Shown piece after piece: positions 11,610 to 26,304 of a DNA stretch of 64,000 nt (position 1 is its first letter; each line of letters begins with the position of its first letter). The notes under the pieces are model-generated. The model saw only the letters and a program-made list of their open reading frames with translations, did no database searches and had not been told where the DNA came from. Source of the stretch: Lama guanicoe (lineage: Eukaryota); the NCBI GenBank assembly GCA_013239625.1, contig MU053487.1:2997058-3061057 (forward strand). Direction: 5' to 3'. Made by a program: the position numbers and the translations under genes.

Positions 11610-14365
11610 CTTTTTGTTTAAATATTAATGAAAATGTACTTGTGTTTTACAGATACATTTTTTAACTAAAAAAAGAAATTTCCCGTAGTTGTTTGGAAAA
11701 AAATAAACAATTTAAGAGGATTGAACAGTAATAAAACAAAAAAACCTCAATTAATATGCAGTATTATCAAAAGCATGTCAACCCTTGCTGAACAGTTAAT
11801 TATTTTGTAAGCTAATACATGTCCTTCGGTGAGATTTTTGCGGGCAAGTTTGTTTTGGCAGAATTTTGGCCCAGGGTGCTAGGTATATTTCCCCCAAATA
11901 TTTGCAACACTGAAGCTTAACTCAGAAACCTTTAACCTTTGGTCTGCTAACAGAATTATGGCAAGAAGGTTCTTGGAAGCAATAGTTATTTCAGATGCCA
12001 GAACAGATTTGGAGTAAGTTCAGTTTGATAAACTTTTTTAAATTAAACTTTATTTGAGGATAAATGTGGATTTACATGCAGTTGTAAGAAATCACAGAGA
12101 TCCCCTGACCCCTTACCTAATTACTGCCAGTATTAACATCTTGCAAAATGTTAGTACAAAGTCATTTGTATAGTCAGGATACAGAAAAATTTCATCAACA
12201 GGGGGATCCCTTGTGGTGCCATTTTATAACCACACCTACTTCCCTCCCATCCCTTCTCAGCCCTTCGGCAACCACTAGTCTGTTCTTTGTTTCTAAAATT
12301 TTGTCATCTTAGGAATGTATATAAATGGAGTCAAACAATATGTGATCTTTTGGAATTGACTTTTTTCCATTTATCATGATTCTCTGCATTTTCATCCAGG
12401 TTGTTACTTGTATTAATATTTTATTTTTTAATTGCTGAGTAGTATTCCATAACATATCATCATGTAACAGTTTGTTTAACCATTCATTCTTTGAAGAACA
12501 TCTGATTGCTTCTAGGTTTGGACTATTACAGATAAAGCTGCAATAAACATTAGTGGACAGATTTTTGTGTAAACATAAATCTTCATTCCTCTGAGATAAA
12601 TACCCAGGCATGCAATTTCTGGGTCGTGTGGTAATCGCATATTTACTCTTTTAAGGAACTGCCAAACCATTTTCCAGATTACAGGTACCAGTTTACAGTC
12701 CCACCAACAATGTATAGATGATCCAGTTTCTCCACATCCTCACCAGCTCTTGATGTCACTTTTTCACATTAGGCATTCTGATAAGCGTGTAGTGGTTATC
12801 TCCTTGTGGTTTTAATTTGCGTTTCCCTGATGGCTAATGATGCTAAACTTTTTATGTGCTGTTTTCCTTCTGTATGTCTTTGATGAGATGTCCCTTCCTG
12901 TCTTTTGCCCGTGTTCTACTTGAATTTTTTTTAACTGTTAGGTTTTGAGAATTCTTTACATATTCTAGACATTACTCCTGTGTCAGATATGTGGTTCGCA
13001 AATATTTTGTCCTTATCTGTAGCTTGTCTTTTCATCTTTTCAGAGCAAAGAGTTTTAATTTTGATAAGATACAATATATCAGGTTTTTTTCCTTTTATTG
13101 ATTGTGTTTGTGCTTTTGCTGTCAAGTCTAAGCTCTTCATCTAGCACGCCGTCTCAAGGATGTTTCTCATATTTTTCCCATAAGTTCTGTAACACTTTAC
13201 ATTTAAGACCATGATTTATTGTGATTTAATTTTTTTAATAAGGTGATGACTTAAATTCAGTTTTTTGTCTCTGGTTGTCTCCCTTTAGCCACATCTGTTA
13301 GAAAGGCTATCCTTCCTTTTTTGAATTTCTTTTGCATCCCTGTGAAACATCAGTTCTGCATGTTGTGTAAGTCCCTTTCTGAGTTCTTTATTTTGTTCCC
13401 CTGATCTATGCCTGTACCTCTGCCTGTATCACACAGTCTTGATTACTGTAGCTATATATTAAGTCTTGAAATAGAATGGACTGACTCCTCCAAATTCTGT
13501 TCTTTTTCAAAACTATTACAGCTCATGTAGTTCGTATGTCTTTCTATATAAATTCTACAATAACCTTGTCTAAATCTACCAAAAAAAATTTGCTGAAATT
13601 TTGATAGGAATTGGGTTAAACCTGTGTATCAGTTTGGGGAGAATTGTCATCTTGACGATGCTGAGTATGTCTTTCCATTTATTTAGATACTTCTTGATTC
13701 TTTCAACTGAGTTGTGGAGTTTTCAGCATACAAGTCCTATTAATGTTTTTGTTAGATTTGCATCTAAGTGTTTCTTTTTTTTAAGTGATTTTATTATATT
13801 TTTAATTGTGACACTCATGTGTTCAGTGCTAGCATATAAGAATACAGTTAATTTTTGCATGTTTTTCTTATATCCTGTGACCTTGCTGAGCTCACTTATT
13901 AGTTATAAGAGGCTTTGTAAATTTCTTGGGGTTTTTAACATAGAGAAACATGTCATCAAATAAGAATACTTAAATTTCTTCATTTCTGATTTGTATACTT
14001 TTTCTTTTTCTTGCTTTATTGCACTGATGAGAACTTAAGAGAAATATGTTCAGTAAAGTTGTGAGAATGGATATCCTTGCCTTGTTCCAAATGGAAAACC
14101 ATTTCAGTCTTTCACCATTAAGTATATTGTCAGCTGTTGGGTTTTTTGTAGCTGTCTTTATCAGGTTGAGGAAGTTCTGTATTCCATTTTTTTCTGAGAG
14201 TTTTTATCAAAAATAGATACTGAATTTTTGTCATATGTTTTTTCTGCATCAGTTGATAGGACCATGTGAGTTTTCATCTTTAGTCTGTTAATATGGTAGA
14301 TTACACTGATGGATTTGTAAATATTGAACCAGCTTGCATGCCTAGAATAAACCTCATGGTTGTGG

Positions 14366-14396
14366 TATGTGTATATATATATATATATTATAGTGA

Positions 14397-14429
<33 letters not shown>
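14366..14429. repeat. Compound (TA)n/(CA)n microsatellite
   Basis: Directly visible. Confidence 0.95.
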
Positions 14430-15239
14430 TTAGTGAATTCTATTTGCTAACATTTTGTTAAGGATTTTTACATCTGTATTCATGAGTGATGTTGATCTGT
14501 AGTTTTCCTTTTTTGGCATGGTCTTTATCTGGTTTGGTTTCAGCTTTGTAAAATAAATTGGGAAGTATTCTCTCTTTTTTCTGAAAGAGATTGTGTAGAA
14601 TTGGTGTTCATTCTTCAGTGAAATCATCTGGGCCCAGAGATGTCTTTGGGGGCAGTTTTTTAATTACAAATTCAATTTCTTTGATAATTATAGAGCTATT
14701 CCAATTATCTCTTTCATATTGGGTAAGTTGTATCATTTTTGTTTTTTGAGATTTGATCCATTTCATCTAAGTTGTCAAATTTGTGAGTAGAGTTGTTCAC
14801 ATTATTCCCTTATTGTCAGTTTAATGCTTGCAGGGTCTGAAATGATATCCCTTGTTCCCAATACCCCTTGTTTCATTCCTGGTATTGATAATTTGTGTCT
14901 TCTATCTTATTTTTTTTATCAGTCTCAATAGAGGTTTCTCAATTTTCTTGATCTTTACGGAGAACCAGTTCTGTGTTTCATTGTTTTTCTCTCTTGCTTT
15001 TAAGTTTTTCAACTTCATTGATACCTGTTCTTTTCTTTCCTTCTTTCTGTTTCATTTGGGTTTATTTTGCTCTTTTTGCAGGTTCTTGGAGGGGAACTTA
15101 GATGACTGATTTGAGACTTTTCCTTTTTCCTAACGTGTGCATTTAGTGCTGCATGTTTTTCTCTTGGCGCTACTTTTGCAATCTCCTACAAATTTTCTTA
15201 TGTTGTATTTTCATCTTCATTCAGTTCAATATATTTTTT

Positions 15240-16010
15240 AAAAATAGATTTTATTTTTTAGAACAGTTCTAGGTGTACAGCAAAATTGAGCAGAAAGTAG
15301 AAAGTTCCCATGTAATGCTGACCCCACACATGCACAGCCCACCCTCACTATCACTGTCCTGCACCAGCTGCTATGTTTATAATAATCTATGAACCTACAT
15401 TGACACGTCATTATTACCTAAAATCCACAGTTTACGGTATGGTTCACTCTTAGTGTTATACATTCTGTGGGTTCTGATGAAAGTGTAATGACATGTGTCC
15501 ATTATTATAACAGCATACAGAATAATCTTGCTGCCCTAAAACTCCTCCGTATTTCTACTTATTCACCCCTCCATCCCCCTAACCCCTGGCAACCACTGAT
15601 CTTTTAACTGTCGCCATAGTTTTGCCTTTTCCAGAATGTCATATAGTTGGAATCATGCACTATGTAGCCTTTACAGATTGGCTTCTTTCACTTAGTCATA
15701 TGCATTTAAGGTTCCCCCATGTCTCTTCATGGCTTAACAGTAGCTCACTTCGTTTTAGCCCTGAATAATGTTCCATTGTGTGGCTACATCACAGTTTGTC
15801 CATTCATTGGCTGAAGGACATCTTGATTGCTTCCAAGCTTTAGCAATTATGAATAAAGCTTCTAGAAGCATCTGTGTGCAGGTTTTTTTATGGACATAAG
15901 TTTTCCACTCATCTGGGTAAATATCAAGGAGTGCTACTATCACTGTACTGTATGGTGAAAACATTTTTCATTTTGTAAGAAACTATCAAATGTATTCTAG
16001 AGTAGCTGTA
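15240..16010 (-). mobile_element. Second L1 3' end (L1MC-like) nested in the larger L1
   Basis: A new 3' UTR starts (ttttttagaacagttctaggtgtacagcaaaattgagcagaaag) and runs into an ORF2 C-terminal remnant (KTCTQMLLEALFIIAKAWKQSRCPS). Confidence 0.75.
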
Positions 16011-17190
16011 TTGTCTTCAGTTTTCAGAAGTTTAGTTATGATATGTCTTGGCATGTATTTCTTCACGTTTATCCTATTGGGGATTCACTCAGCTTCTTGA
16101 ATTTGTGAGACTGTCTCTTGCCAAATTTGGGAAGTTTTTGGCCATTATTTCTTGAAGTGCTTTTTCAGTCGTGCCTTTTTCTCGTCTCCTTCTGAAACTC
16201 TGATGACAACATATTAGATCTTTTGTTACAGTTCCAGAGGTTTATCAATACTGTATTTTAAAAAAATCTTTTCTCTGTTGATTCAGCTTGCATAATTTCT
16301 ATTGTTCTGTCTTCAGGTTCATTGATTTGTTCCTAATCTCCTCCATTCTGCTATCAAGCCCATCCCCTGAGCTTTTTATTTCAACTTTTGTATTTTTTTA
16401 GTTTTAAATTTTCCATTTAGTTCTTTTTTGTACCTTGTATTTCTTTGCTAAGACTTTCTCTGCTGAGGCTTTCTATTTTCATTTGTTTTAAATGTGTTCC
16501 TAATTGCTTTCATCATAGCTGTTTGAAAATCTTTGTCAGATAAGTGGAACATCTCTGTCTTCCTCACGTTGGCATCTATTGGTTGTCTTTTCTTTCCATT
16601 CAGTTTGAAATTTTTCTGGCTCTTGGTGTAACAAGTGAATTACAGTGGAAACCAGGACATTTTCGTATTATGTTATGAGACTCTGGATCTTATTTAAGCC
16701 CTCTGTTTTAATTGGTTTTCTCTGAGTTTACTCCAGCAGAGAAGGGGGAGCACTGCCTTGTTCTTGTCAGAGAAGTAGAAGGCCAGGGTCTCCACTTGGC
16801 GTCTTTTGACAAACTGCTGGGCAGGGGAGGGAGTTTCAGCTCCCACATGGTCTCTGCTGAACTGCAGTGGGACTGGTCTCATCACCACTGGGTGATGGTG
16901 GAAGCCACGACTCTTCCTATTCCTCCCCTGACACCACCCCAATAGGGAGGGGAGGAGCATTTCATTACCGCCGGATCAGACTGGAAGTCCACACTGGCCA
17001 CATGGTTGTCACTGACATCACTGGGAGAGGAAGGGACTCATTACCAGCTGTCAGGAGTGAAGGCCTCTTCTCCCTTCGTGACCTCTGACACTGTCCCCGC
17101 AGGGCAGCGGGGTGCCTCCTGACTCCCCTGTGCAGGTGGAAATCTGTGTAACCATTGGATTTTGCTGGCATGGATGGGGTTGGGGCCACA

Positions 17191-17229
17191 GTGTGTGTGT
17201 GTGTGTGTTGTTGTTGTTGTTGTTGTTGT
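17191..17229. repeat. (GT)n(GTT)n microsatellite
   Basis: Directly visible. Confidence 0.95.
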
Positions 17230-18224
17230 CTTCACTGCAGTAGAGCAGTTATTATCTGAAAGTTTTCTGTTTTGCAAAAGACTGTACCCCTCTGGTCTTC
17301 TGGTTACAGAGAGCAGGCTTTTGAGGGGACTTTTTTTGTCTGCAGCTGTTGGTTTTCCCCTGTATCCAGCCTCTTCAACATTAAGTCTGGGTTGTACGAG
17401 GCAAGAGAAAACCCAGGGATCACTGCCATGGCATTTCAGGTCTCGGGTCCCTTGCTGCTCTGCCTCCTCTCCACCTTGCAGTCTTCTTATGTTTGCTTTA
17501 GAAGCAGGGTTTTTTGTTGTACTTTGTGGAAAGAATAGGAAGAACGTGTTTATCTTCTTGGAAGTAGAAACCCCTTGAATAATTTTTAGGCCTATCCAAA
17601 TTAAGTATTTTAAGGAAGACTAGAGCTGGAAAGTTGTCATTTTAAAGATTTATTTCAACAACTTGCTAACGACCATTGTGAAAGTCAACTTGAGTTAGTG
17701 CTTTGAGAATCTTGATTGTGTCTAGAAAAGAGAAATTGTAATGAATTCAGTGTGAAATCAAGTCTACATCAGTAGAGCTTCAGTGACAACTGTTAAACCT
17801 TAGAAGGGCACATTCATAAGCTTTAGTCTTAACAGCAAAATTTTTGATCCAAATTCTTGAGTATCCTGATGTAGATGTGTTTGTGGTCTAATATTCTGTT
17901 TGATTGGCAAGCATGTTTAAGCCCATATCTTACCTTTCACTTTTTTTCTCAATCAAGGAAGCATCCATTCAAGTAGAAAGAAGTGTCTTCATGGGGGTGA
18001 ACCCAAGGAGCTTATCTCTGGTTTCAGTACCCGTGACCACCAGGCAGGGCTCGCTGGCCAGTGACTGGAGAAGTCTGTTTCTGTGCTGCCCTGGAAGTAG
18101 GTCTGAAAAACTTGCCCCAGACTGTACTTGACTGGAGTGCCCCAGTTGGAGGGCAGCCCCATTTGCGGTGGCAGAACTGGGTTTTCAGGGGGGACCACAC
18201 AGCTTCAAGTTTAATTCTGAGGTA

Positions 18225-18995
18225 TTTGTTTGTTTTTTTCCTTCCAGTTTTATTGAGAGACAGTTGACATACAGCATTATTTAAGTTCAAGAGATACAGC
18301 ACAATGAGTTGATATATGTATGTGTCTGTGTATATATATATAAACTTATTGTGGTAATCATTTCAATACATATGTATATATAGAAATATATATATAGTGA
18401 AATAAGTTTAAAACATCCATTACCTCATAGTTACCAAAACAGTTTTTTTCCCTGATGATAAGAATTTTTAGAATTTACTTTCTTAGCTTTCAAATATACC
18501 ACACAGCATATGTTGTACATTACCTCCCTAGTACTTATTTATCTCATAACTGGAAGTTTGTACCTTATGACCCTCTTCACGCAATTCCCCCACCCCTCAC
18601 CCTCTGCCTCTGGTAACCACAAATCTGATCTTTCTATGGAGTTGTTTTGTTTTTTTTGTTTTTTTTTTTTTAAGATTCCGTATTATAAGTGAGATCATAC
18701 AGTATTTGTCTTTCTCTGTCTTGGGTCATTTCATTTAGCATACTGCCCTCAAGGTCCATCCATATTGTTGCAGATGGCAGGATTTCCTTCTTTTTTATGA
18801 CTGAATAATATTGCATTATATATATAATTTTATGTGTGTGTAGGTACCACATTTTATTTATCCATTCATCTGATGATGGACACTTAGGTCATTTCCATGT
18901 CTTGACTATTGTAAATAATATTGCAGTGAACATGGGAGTGCAGATGTCTCTTCGAGACGATTTTGTTTTCTTTGGATATATACCCCAAAGTGAGG
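18225..18995 (-). mobile_element. 5'-truncated L1 (L1MA9-like 3' end)
   Basis: L1 3' UTR plus ORF2 C-terminus on the - strand ([41 protein letters not shown]). Confidence 0.9.
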
Positions 18996-20339
18996 TAAAT
19001 GGCTTTTTCTCTTTTAGTGATGCCAAGTGTGGGGGAAGTGGGTACATGACAGGGTCAGTGGGTTCACTATTCCTTTCAGCCAGGAATTGGCAGAGATTAG
19101 GAAACACTGTGGCCACAAATGATTCTAGATTTAAATATACATATATAATTTTTTTTCACTTGTTTTGGAAGTAATGTGTGATGCTAAGGTCAGCTGTATA
19201 CAGCTACTTAAAAAGAGAATGTAAGGATTCTCTTGGGTCATATTGAGATATAATATATACCTTAGAACTTATTTACTAGATTTTAAATCGTGGTTTATCA
19301 GACATTTGAAGTTCAGTATGTTTAATGGCATAGCTTTCTTTTAAAAATCTACTTTCATTAAATAGTTTCCATTCCTTTAACCTTGTAATGTATATTTTAC
19401 TATTTTTTTAAATGAGGGTGCACATTCAGTCCTTATTTAAAATAAAATTAAGCAAATATTTGTCTCATGGCTTTGAAATAACACATAATGGAGCAAAGGC
19501 TTAGGAACTGCCTGTAGCGCTGGGCTGGGATGTGGGCATTTTTGTATTTGGGATCAAGACAGAAAACACTGGTGGCATAGTTCTCTGAAACCAGAGCCTA
19601 ATAAACAGTGGTCTTTCTGGATGCTAAGGATTATGTAATCACCTAAGTAATCGCTCATTTTGATTCTGAGTAGCTGCTTCAAGTTAAAAACTGAAAGGTT
19701 TCTTTGTAATTGTAATTCGTATTAAGGCTACTTGCCAAAATGTTTTAAAATCCTGGTACTTAAAGCAGTCTTAAAAACTGAAGAGAAGTGACTTAATATG
19801 TGATGGCTGATACTATTCTTATCTTTCAAAATTAGTATTTAACCTAAGCTTTCAGTTTGAGGGCATCTTGAAGAACAAACTTCACCACCTTGTCAACATG
19901 GCTTGAATAAAATGTAGCCTTTTGATATCAGAGAGAAGTCAATATTCCAAGAAGAATCCATCCTGTACTTGGCATTGGATATAATGTCTCCCTCTGTATT
20001 CTGATCAAGATTCAGCTTCCATGCTTAGCATATCATAAATTTGTTCTAAGTATCTGACTCACTTATGTTCAGATCTGACCATTGACTTTAATTCCATAGA
20101 CGTCCGTCGGAGCCGTATTTTCTTTCCCCTTTTTGAGGGAACAGCTCAAAGTATTCATTTTTGTTTTGGTTAGAACAAATACATTTCACAGCAGTCATCA
20201 AACAAGTACACACTTTGAGGAGCTGTTAGCTCTGACGAGTGTGTAAACACTTATTGGTGAGCAGGGACTTTTCTATTCCACAGTAGACTGTTTCACTACC
20301 TAGGCTTGCCTTCTTGAATTTTTGTTGTTACTGTTGTTG

Positions 20340-21910
20340 AATTTTTTATGAAGTAAATTTCCATACAGTAACAATCATTCTTTTTGGTGTAACACAAGGT
20401 TACCAAGTTCTGTAAGTTTTGACAGACTCATACAGCTGTGTAACCACCTCCGTAATCAGGATAGAGAATAATTTCCATCATTCTCAAAATATTCCCTGTC
20501 CCCTTAGTTACCTTCCCTCCATGCTCAGCACCGAGCAACTGATCTCTTCTCTACCCACTGTTCCCTTTTCTGAAATGTCATATAAATGGAATCATGCAAT
20601 GATGGCTCTGTATCCTTGGCAGTACTTGGCATTGTTAGCTTTTTCATTTTAGCCACTCTAGTGGGCATCTCGTGGTATCTTGCCGTGGTTTTAATTTGTT
20701 TCCCCAACACCTGATAGTGCTTTTCGTGTGCTTATGTGCCATTCAGATAAATTCTTTGGCAAGGTATCTTTTCAAATTGTTGCCAATTGAAAAAAATCCT
20801 GGATTGTTTGATTTCTTATTGTTGAGTTTAAAATTTTTTTAATAGGTATTCTGGACACAAGTACTTGGTTGAATATGTGTTTTGCAAATACTTTGTCCCA
20901 GTCTGTGATGTGTCTTTTCATTCTCTAAGCAATGTCTTTCCTTTTCCATTTTGTGGGGGGGGGGGTGGTAAAATTCACATTACATAAAATTTACCATCTT
21001 AACTGTTTTTAAGTGTACCATTCAATGGTATTAAGTACATTCATATGGTTGTGCAGATATCACCACCACCCATCTCCAGAACTCTTTTCATCTTGCAGAA
21101 CTGAAATTCAGTACCCATGAAACAGTAACTCCCCATCCCCTCTCTCCTCAGTCCCTGGCAGCCATCATTCTACTTTCTGTCTCTGATTTTGACTACCCTA
21201 GCTACCTCGTATACGTGGAATCATACAGTATTTATCTTTTCCTAACTGATTCATTTTACTTAGTATAAAGTCCTCAAGGTTGATGCATTTGTAGCATGTC
21301 AGAATTTCATTCCTTTTTAAGGCTGAATAATACTCCATTGTGTCTGTGTGTGTATTTATGTAGGGGGGGGACACAGAGAACATGAGAGAGAGAAAAGACA
21401 TATATAGTATGACTTTTTATATGTGTGCTATATAAAATACAGCATATTCTGTATATTTATTCATCTGTCAGTGGCCACTTGGGTTGCTTCCCCGTTTTGT
21501 GAATAATGCTGCCGTGAACATGGGTGTACAGTTATCTGTTTCAGTCCCTCCCTTCAGTATTTTGGGGTGTATACCCAGGATTGGAATTGTTGCATCATAC
21601 GATAATTCCATATTTAGTTTTTTGAGGAACCACCATACCTGCTGTTCCACAACAGCTATACCATTTTACATTCCCATCAGGTACACAAGGTGCCAGTTTC
21701 TCCACATCCTTACCAATACTTGTTATTTTCTGTCTTTTTGATAGTAGCTCTGCTAACGGGTGTGAGGTGTTGATGATGTCATTCGAAGAGCAGAAATCGA
21801 AGTTTATTGGTTTTTATGTGGATGTCCAGTTGTTTCCACATGGGCTACTGAAGAGACCATCCTTTATTGTATTGCCTTTGTCTATGTGTGGGTCTATTTC
21901 TGGACTCTCT
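20340..21910 (-). mobile_element. Nested L1s: L1MB-like 3' end (about 20945-21770) inserted in an older L1 3' fragment
   Basis: Two separate 3' UTRs; ORF2 remnants (WWFLKKLNMELSYDATIPILGIHPK...CTPMFTAALFT); host sequence resumes near 21775. Confidence 0.8.
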
Positions 21911-23099
21911 TCCCTCCTTAAATTTTGATCAGCCTCCTAAATGTGAAGCAGTGTTAAGCTTAATATAGTAGCAGCCCTCCCTCAGAAGTAAATGGTTGGT
22001 CATGATTTAAGCAGGAGAGAAGACCAAGACATTTTACAATCTGGTGGGGCAGACTTACTCTGCATTTTGCACTGAAGGGTATTCTGAAAGACAAAACCTA
22101 TGACTTCCTCCACTCTTTTTTTAGGAACTTACCCAAACAGATTTTGTACAGTATATCTTTTTCCAGGTTTAAAATTGGGGCTGAGAATTTCTTCTAATCT
22201 TGAGTAGCCTTCTGCAGAAAGCTAACACAAAAGTACAAGATAAGATAAACAAGTATTTGAGTTTAAAATACAGTCTCCCATAGTTATACAATAGTGTAAA
22301 AATAGGGACTATCGTGATGGAGTCTAAGCGAACCGGAGAATATAATATCACCAGAGCAGAAATAAATGTGCGGAAGCTTCGGCTCTGCAGAGAGGGCCTG
22401 GGCTCCAGAGGCTGTCCCCAGGTGTCTGCAGAAAGAAAGGAAGTACTTCTGTTACCTAAACAAGAGGGAAGGGTCTGGCAATCGCTGGGTCACTTGAGTT
22501 CTTTTGCCACCGGGTAGGTAAACCAGGCAAAACTTCCCAGAGAACAAACTCTTCATCCAGGTAGCTTGACCCAGTTTGAATAGAGACCACAGTCTGTTTG
22601 CCACTGACCTGAAGACAGAGCTTGGAAGATACTGCCGAGATGATCAGGGTCTCCAAGGTGAAGACTGGGCCAGCGGCTGAGGTTCTTTTCTAGCTTCCTG
22701 TCTCTTGTCTGGGCTCTCATCCCAGCTCTTCCTCCACGAGGCTGCTGGATCTAAATTTCTAAAGCACAGCTCTGATCATGCTGCTGCCACCTAAGGCTGT
22801 TTCTCGGTGGTTCCGCATTGGCCTGTAGGTAGCAACATGGTGTTTCACAGCCTGTTGCCCTTCAGGGACTGACCCTAGACCACCTCTGCAGCCTCCTTTC
22901 CAGGGACCCCCTTCCATATGGTAATGAACCGCTCGCTGAGCCCAGACAGGCTGTGCGTTTTCATTCCACTGTGCATGTGCTGGTTTCTCTTACCAGATGC
23001 TTTTTCCTTTCTGCGCCTGGTGGATTCTTAATCATCCCCCAGGATCCATCTCAAGCATCAACAAACTTCTCTTGATCCCTTCCTGCCCTGTCTAAGCAG

Positions 23100-23257
23100 A
23101 ATGCAGTAGAGTATATTGTTTAAGGGCCCAGGCTTCAGTTTGAATTTCAGCTCCATTACATTGACTCTGTGTAAACTTTGACAAGTTCCTTAATCTGAGC
23201 CTTAATTTCATAGTAGTATATACCCAATGGAGTGAGTATGAGGATTAAATAATATAA
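23100..23257 (+). mobile_element. MIR SINE
   Basis: tttgaatttcagctccatta...actttgacaagttccttaatctgagcctt...gaggattaaataa is the MIR core. Confidence 0.7.
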
Positions 23258-23278
23258 TGTGTGTGTGTGTGTGTGTGT
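23258..23278. repeat. (TG)n microsatellite
   Basis: Directly visible. Confidence 0.95.
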
Positions 23279-23359
23279 ATAGTAGATATTGAAGTAAATA
23301 AGTCGATATCAAAGTATATAAGTATTTAATAAACATCTCTTCTCATTATTATTGCTAGT

Positions 23360-23705
23360 TCATTTAGTCAGTAAACATTTGTTGAGCACCCACTGTGTGC
23401 CATTCACCTGTACCAGGTGCTTAGGGTACACAGGTGTATGAGACCTGAGCAGGCATCGGAGGTGCTCAACCCCGTGCTTTAGGAAGAGGGTGTGCAGAGT
23501 GCCCTGGAAGCTACCATCTGTTTGAGGATGACCGTATGCCAAGTACTGTACATGTGTATCTCATTTCATCCTCCAGCAGCCTTAAGATGTAGGTGTTATA
23601 ATCCCTATGGAGTCTCAGAGAGGTTAAGGAACTTGCCTACAAGATGTAGATATGTACCTACCAAATAGTAGAACCAAGAGAGTTAAACCTCTGTCTGACT
23701 CCATT
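23360..23705 (-). mobile_element. L2 tail followed by a MIR fragment
   Basis: catttagtcagtaaacatttgttgagcacccactgtgtgcca (L2); tctcatttcatcctccagcagcc...ctcagagaggttaaggaacttgcc (MIR). Confidence 0.65.
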
Positions 23706-23749
23706 ACAAGGAAATTTAGGAATGAGTCACTGTAATACACCCTATGACT

Positions 23750-24045
23750 AAACTAAAAAATACATGATCATCTCAATAGATGCAGGAAAAAGCATGTGAA
23801 AATAACTAACATCTTTTCCCCATAAAAACCCCAAATGAATTAAAATAAAGAGTGACTACTTCAACCTGATTGGTAAAAGAGCAGTAAGGGAAAACTCGCA
23901 GCTAACATTATGCTTTAGGAAGAAGGACTGCAAAATTTCTTTTTATGACCAGGAAACACAGTGATGTCTGTTCTCATCACTTCCATTCATCAGTGAATTG
24001 GAGGTTCCAGCCAGATCTAATTGGGCAAGAGTGAGGAATAAACAA
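23750..24045 (+). mobile_element. L1 ORF2 fragment
   Basis: catgatcatctcaatagatgcaggaaaaagcatgtga corresponds to the HMIISIDAEKAFD region of the RT domain. Confidence 0.8.
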
Positions 24046-24929
24046 AAAAAGAAAGAAATTTAGGAACTATTTGGAGAAAATCATATGCCCTTTGAGATTT
24101 ACATCTTGAAAGACAGCAACCATATTTTTCTAAAAGATGTTGCTTTCTGCTTCTACCAGAGGCAGCCTATTTAACAGGATAGATTCTAGGGCTCACCCAT
24201 GTTGACAGGCCACATTTTCTTACAATTCATGTTCTGTTATTTATTTAACAAATTCTGTTTCTTTGAGCCTAGCTATTAACTCTTAACCCTCTTCAGCCCT
24301 CTTCATATTCCTTTGGGTACCAGGAATAGTAGAAATGAGAGAAGGTACAGTTTATAGTAAAGATTAAGAATCCAAGAGCTTTTATCTCTAAAATTCTAGA
24401 CAAAGTGGTAGGCTTTACTCTTAACACTTATGCATCATTTCTAAGGGTATAACTAAATAGAAGTGGCATTTCAAGATATTTTTAAATGGATAGGATGCCA
24501 AGAAGGCTCTTAAAGATGCTTGAATCCCATTATTACTGGTCAGAGTTCTAAGGGGCGAAGCGCAGAATCCACCTAAACTATTTTAGATGGAAAGGAGTTT
24601 GTCAAAAGATTTTGGTGGCTTGTAGACCCTCTGCTATGGCCAACAAATTAGATTTGGCTGTTTCAGAGCCAGGAAAAAACACTTAACTGCACCTTAGAAC
24701 TACTTTAGTGAAATAGACTCCTGCCCCTACCTGCTGATGATTCAGCTCAGATGCTTCACCATAACGTAACAGTCCTTGTTCTCCCTTAAACTTGGTGCTC
24801 ATTTTCCAGGAACTACTAGAAATAAAAGGAAGCCAGTGCTTGTAGGCCTACTTGATTCTCCTTAGGTATATGCTCATTTGAGGAGCTGGGCTGAGATTCT
24901 AGTTGGAAGAGAGCTTATAAAAACAAAAT

Positions 24930-25425
24930 TCTGGGTAAATAAATTGTGGCATGTTCAGACAGTAAAATCACGTACAGCACTTAAAGGCGATAAACCAGAG
25001 CTACATCTGTTCACATGGCTAAAATTTTTAAATGTAATGTTGAAGGAACATGCAGGTTCCATACTAACACATGCAGTGTGATACTATACAAAGAAAGTTT
25101 GAAAACATGCAAAAATAGTTTCTCTAGAGCGTATGGATATATGCATATCTTTTAAAACCACAAAAACACCACCAGGAATGATGAATAACATAGTCAAAAT
25201 AGTGGTTATTTCTGGAGAGGAAGTGGGACCAGAGAAGGGTACACAGGTGGCTTCCATTGTATCTTTAATGTCTTCTTTTTTATGAACTATTTTCTTGGGA
25301 CAAATACAGCAAAATGCTAAGCTACCCAAGATCTGGGTAGTTGGATAGCCCAATGTATAGTTGTTTGTAATATTTATTCTCTGTACTTCTCTGTATGTGT
25401 GAGTGTTTCATAATTTAAAATGTTA
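24930..25425 (+). mobile_element. L1ME-like 3' UTR fragment
   Basis: gggtaaataaattgtggcatgttcagacagtaaaatcacgtacagc and aatagtggttatttctggagag motifs. Confidence 0.6.
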
Positions 25426-26109
25426 ACCATGGACTAAAGTATTAAGATAAATTTTTAAAATATTACCTCCTGTACATAGAGATACATTGACAAGAAGTGG
25501 TAAAAATGCAGTTATTGGATTTAGCTGGTCCTTTTCCCAGCGGGAGAGTGTTCAGGAAGTGTCCAAAACACTTGGTCACTGAGCTTTCCAGAGGGAGCGC
25601 GAGTGATCCTCAGTCCTAGCCCAGGCTCTGCCAGGTCACACCCTGTCCTATTCTGTTTCTCTCAGGTGACCTTCCAAAGGGTGTCATGAGTGCTTGGTCT
25701 GGAGCCAAGCTGGCTTTATGTAGAGCTCTGGCCGCAAAAGTCCATGTTGGTTTAAAATGTTATGTTTACAGATGTGTAGTCAAATAGCCTGGTTGTCATC
25801 AAAGGAATGGTTCACTTGATTTGCCAATTCTCCCTTGTTATCATGGGAATTTATTAGGGGAATAAAGTAACTGAATTGTTGAGTCAAGTCCTTTGTATGA
25901 AGCAAAGGAAAATCATATTGGAGAACAAAGTGTGAAATGCAAAATCAAGAAGAGTCATCTTGAAAGAAATCAAGTCAGAAAGTGTTTGAAGGCCTGTGGC
26001 ATCCTGGCACAGAGGCCCTCACTAAGGCTTTGAACTGGTGGGATTCCCGTTTGGACTGGAGCTCTGGTTCCCCTGTGGTCTGGGCTGCCTCCAGGACTGT
26101 TTTTTTAGT

Positions 26110-26290
26110 GCAGGGATTTTTAACCCAAGTGGTCCATGAATAGAATTCAGGGAGTCCGTCAACTTGGTTAGGGAAAAAAATTACATCCAAAATTTCTTTG
26201 ACCTCTTACTAAAATTTAGCATTTTTCTCAGTTATGAAGTAACTGGTAACAAACCACTATAACACTAACAGTGCCTGTAACTTTATCATC
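26110..26290. mobile_element. hAT-Charlie-type DNA transposon fragment
   Basis: Begins cagggatttttaaccc...ggtccatg, followed by ggaaaaaaattacatc...aaatttagcatt, resembling Charlie-family ends. Confidence 0.55.
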
Positions 26291-26304
26291 ATGTCCAAAC
26301 AGAC

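Larger units (their letters stand above)
12040..17580 (-). mobile_element. Large degenerate L1 (L1M-type) with 3' UTR, ORF2, ORF1 and 5' pieces
   Basis: Minus-strand ORF2 remnants (e.g. [42 protein letters not shown]...[10 protein letters not shown]) and T-rich antisense L1 composition. Confidence 0.9.
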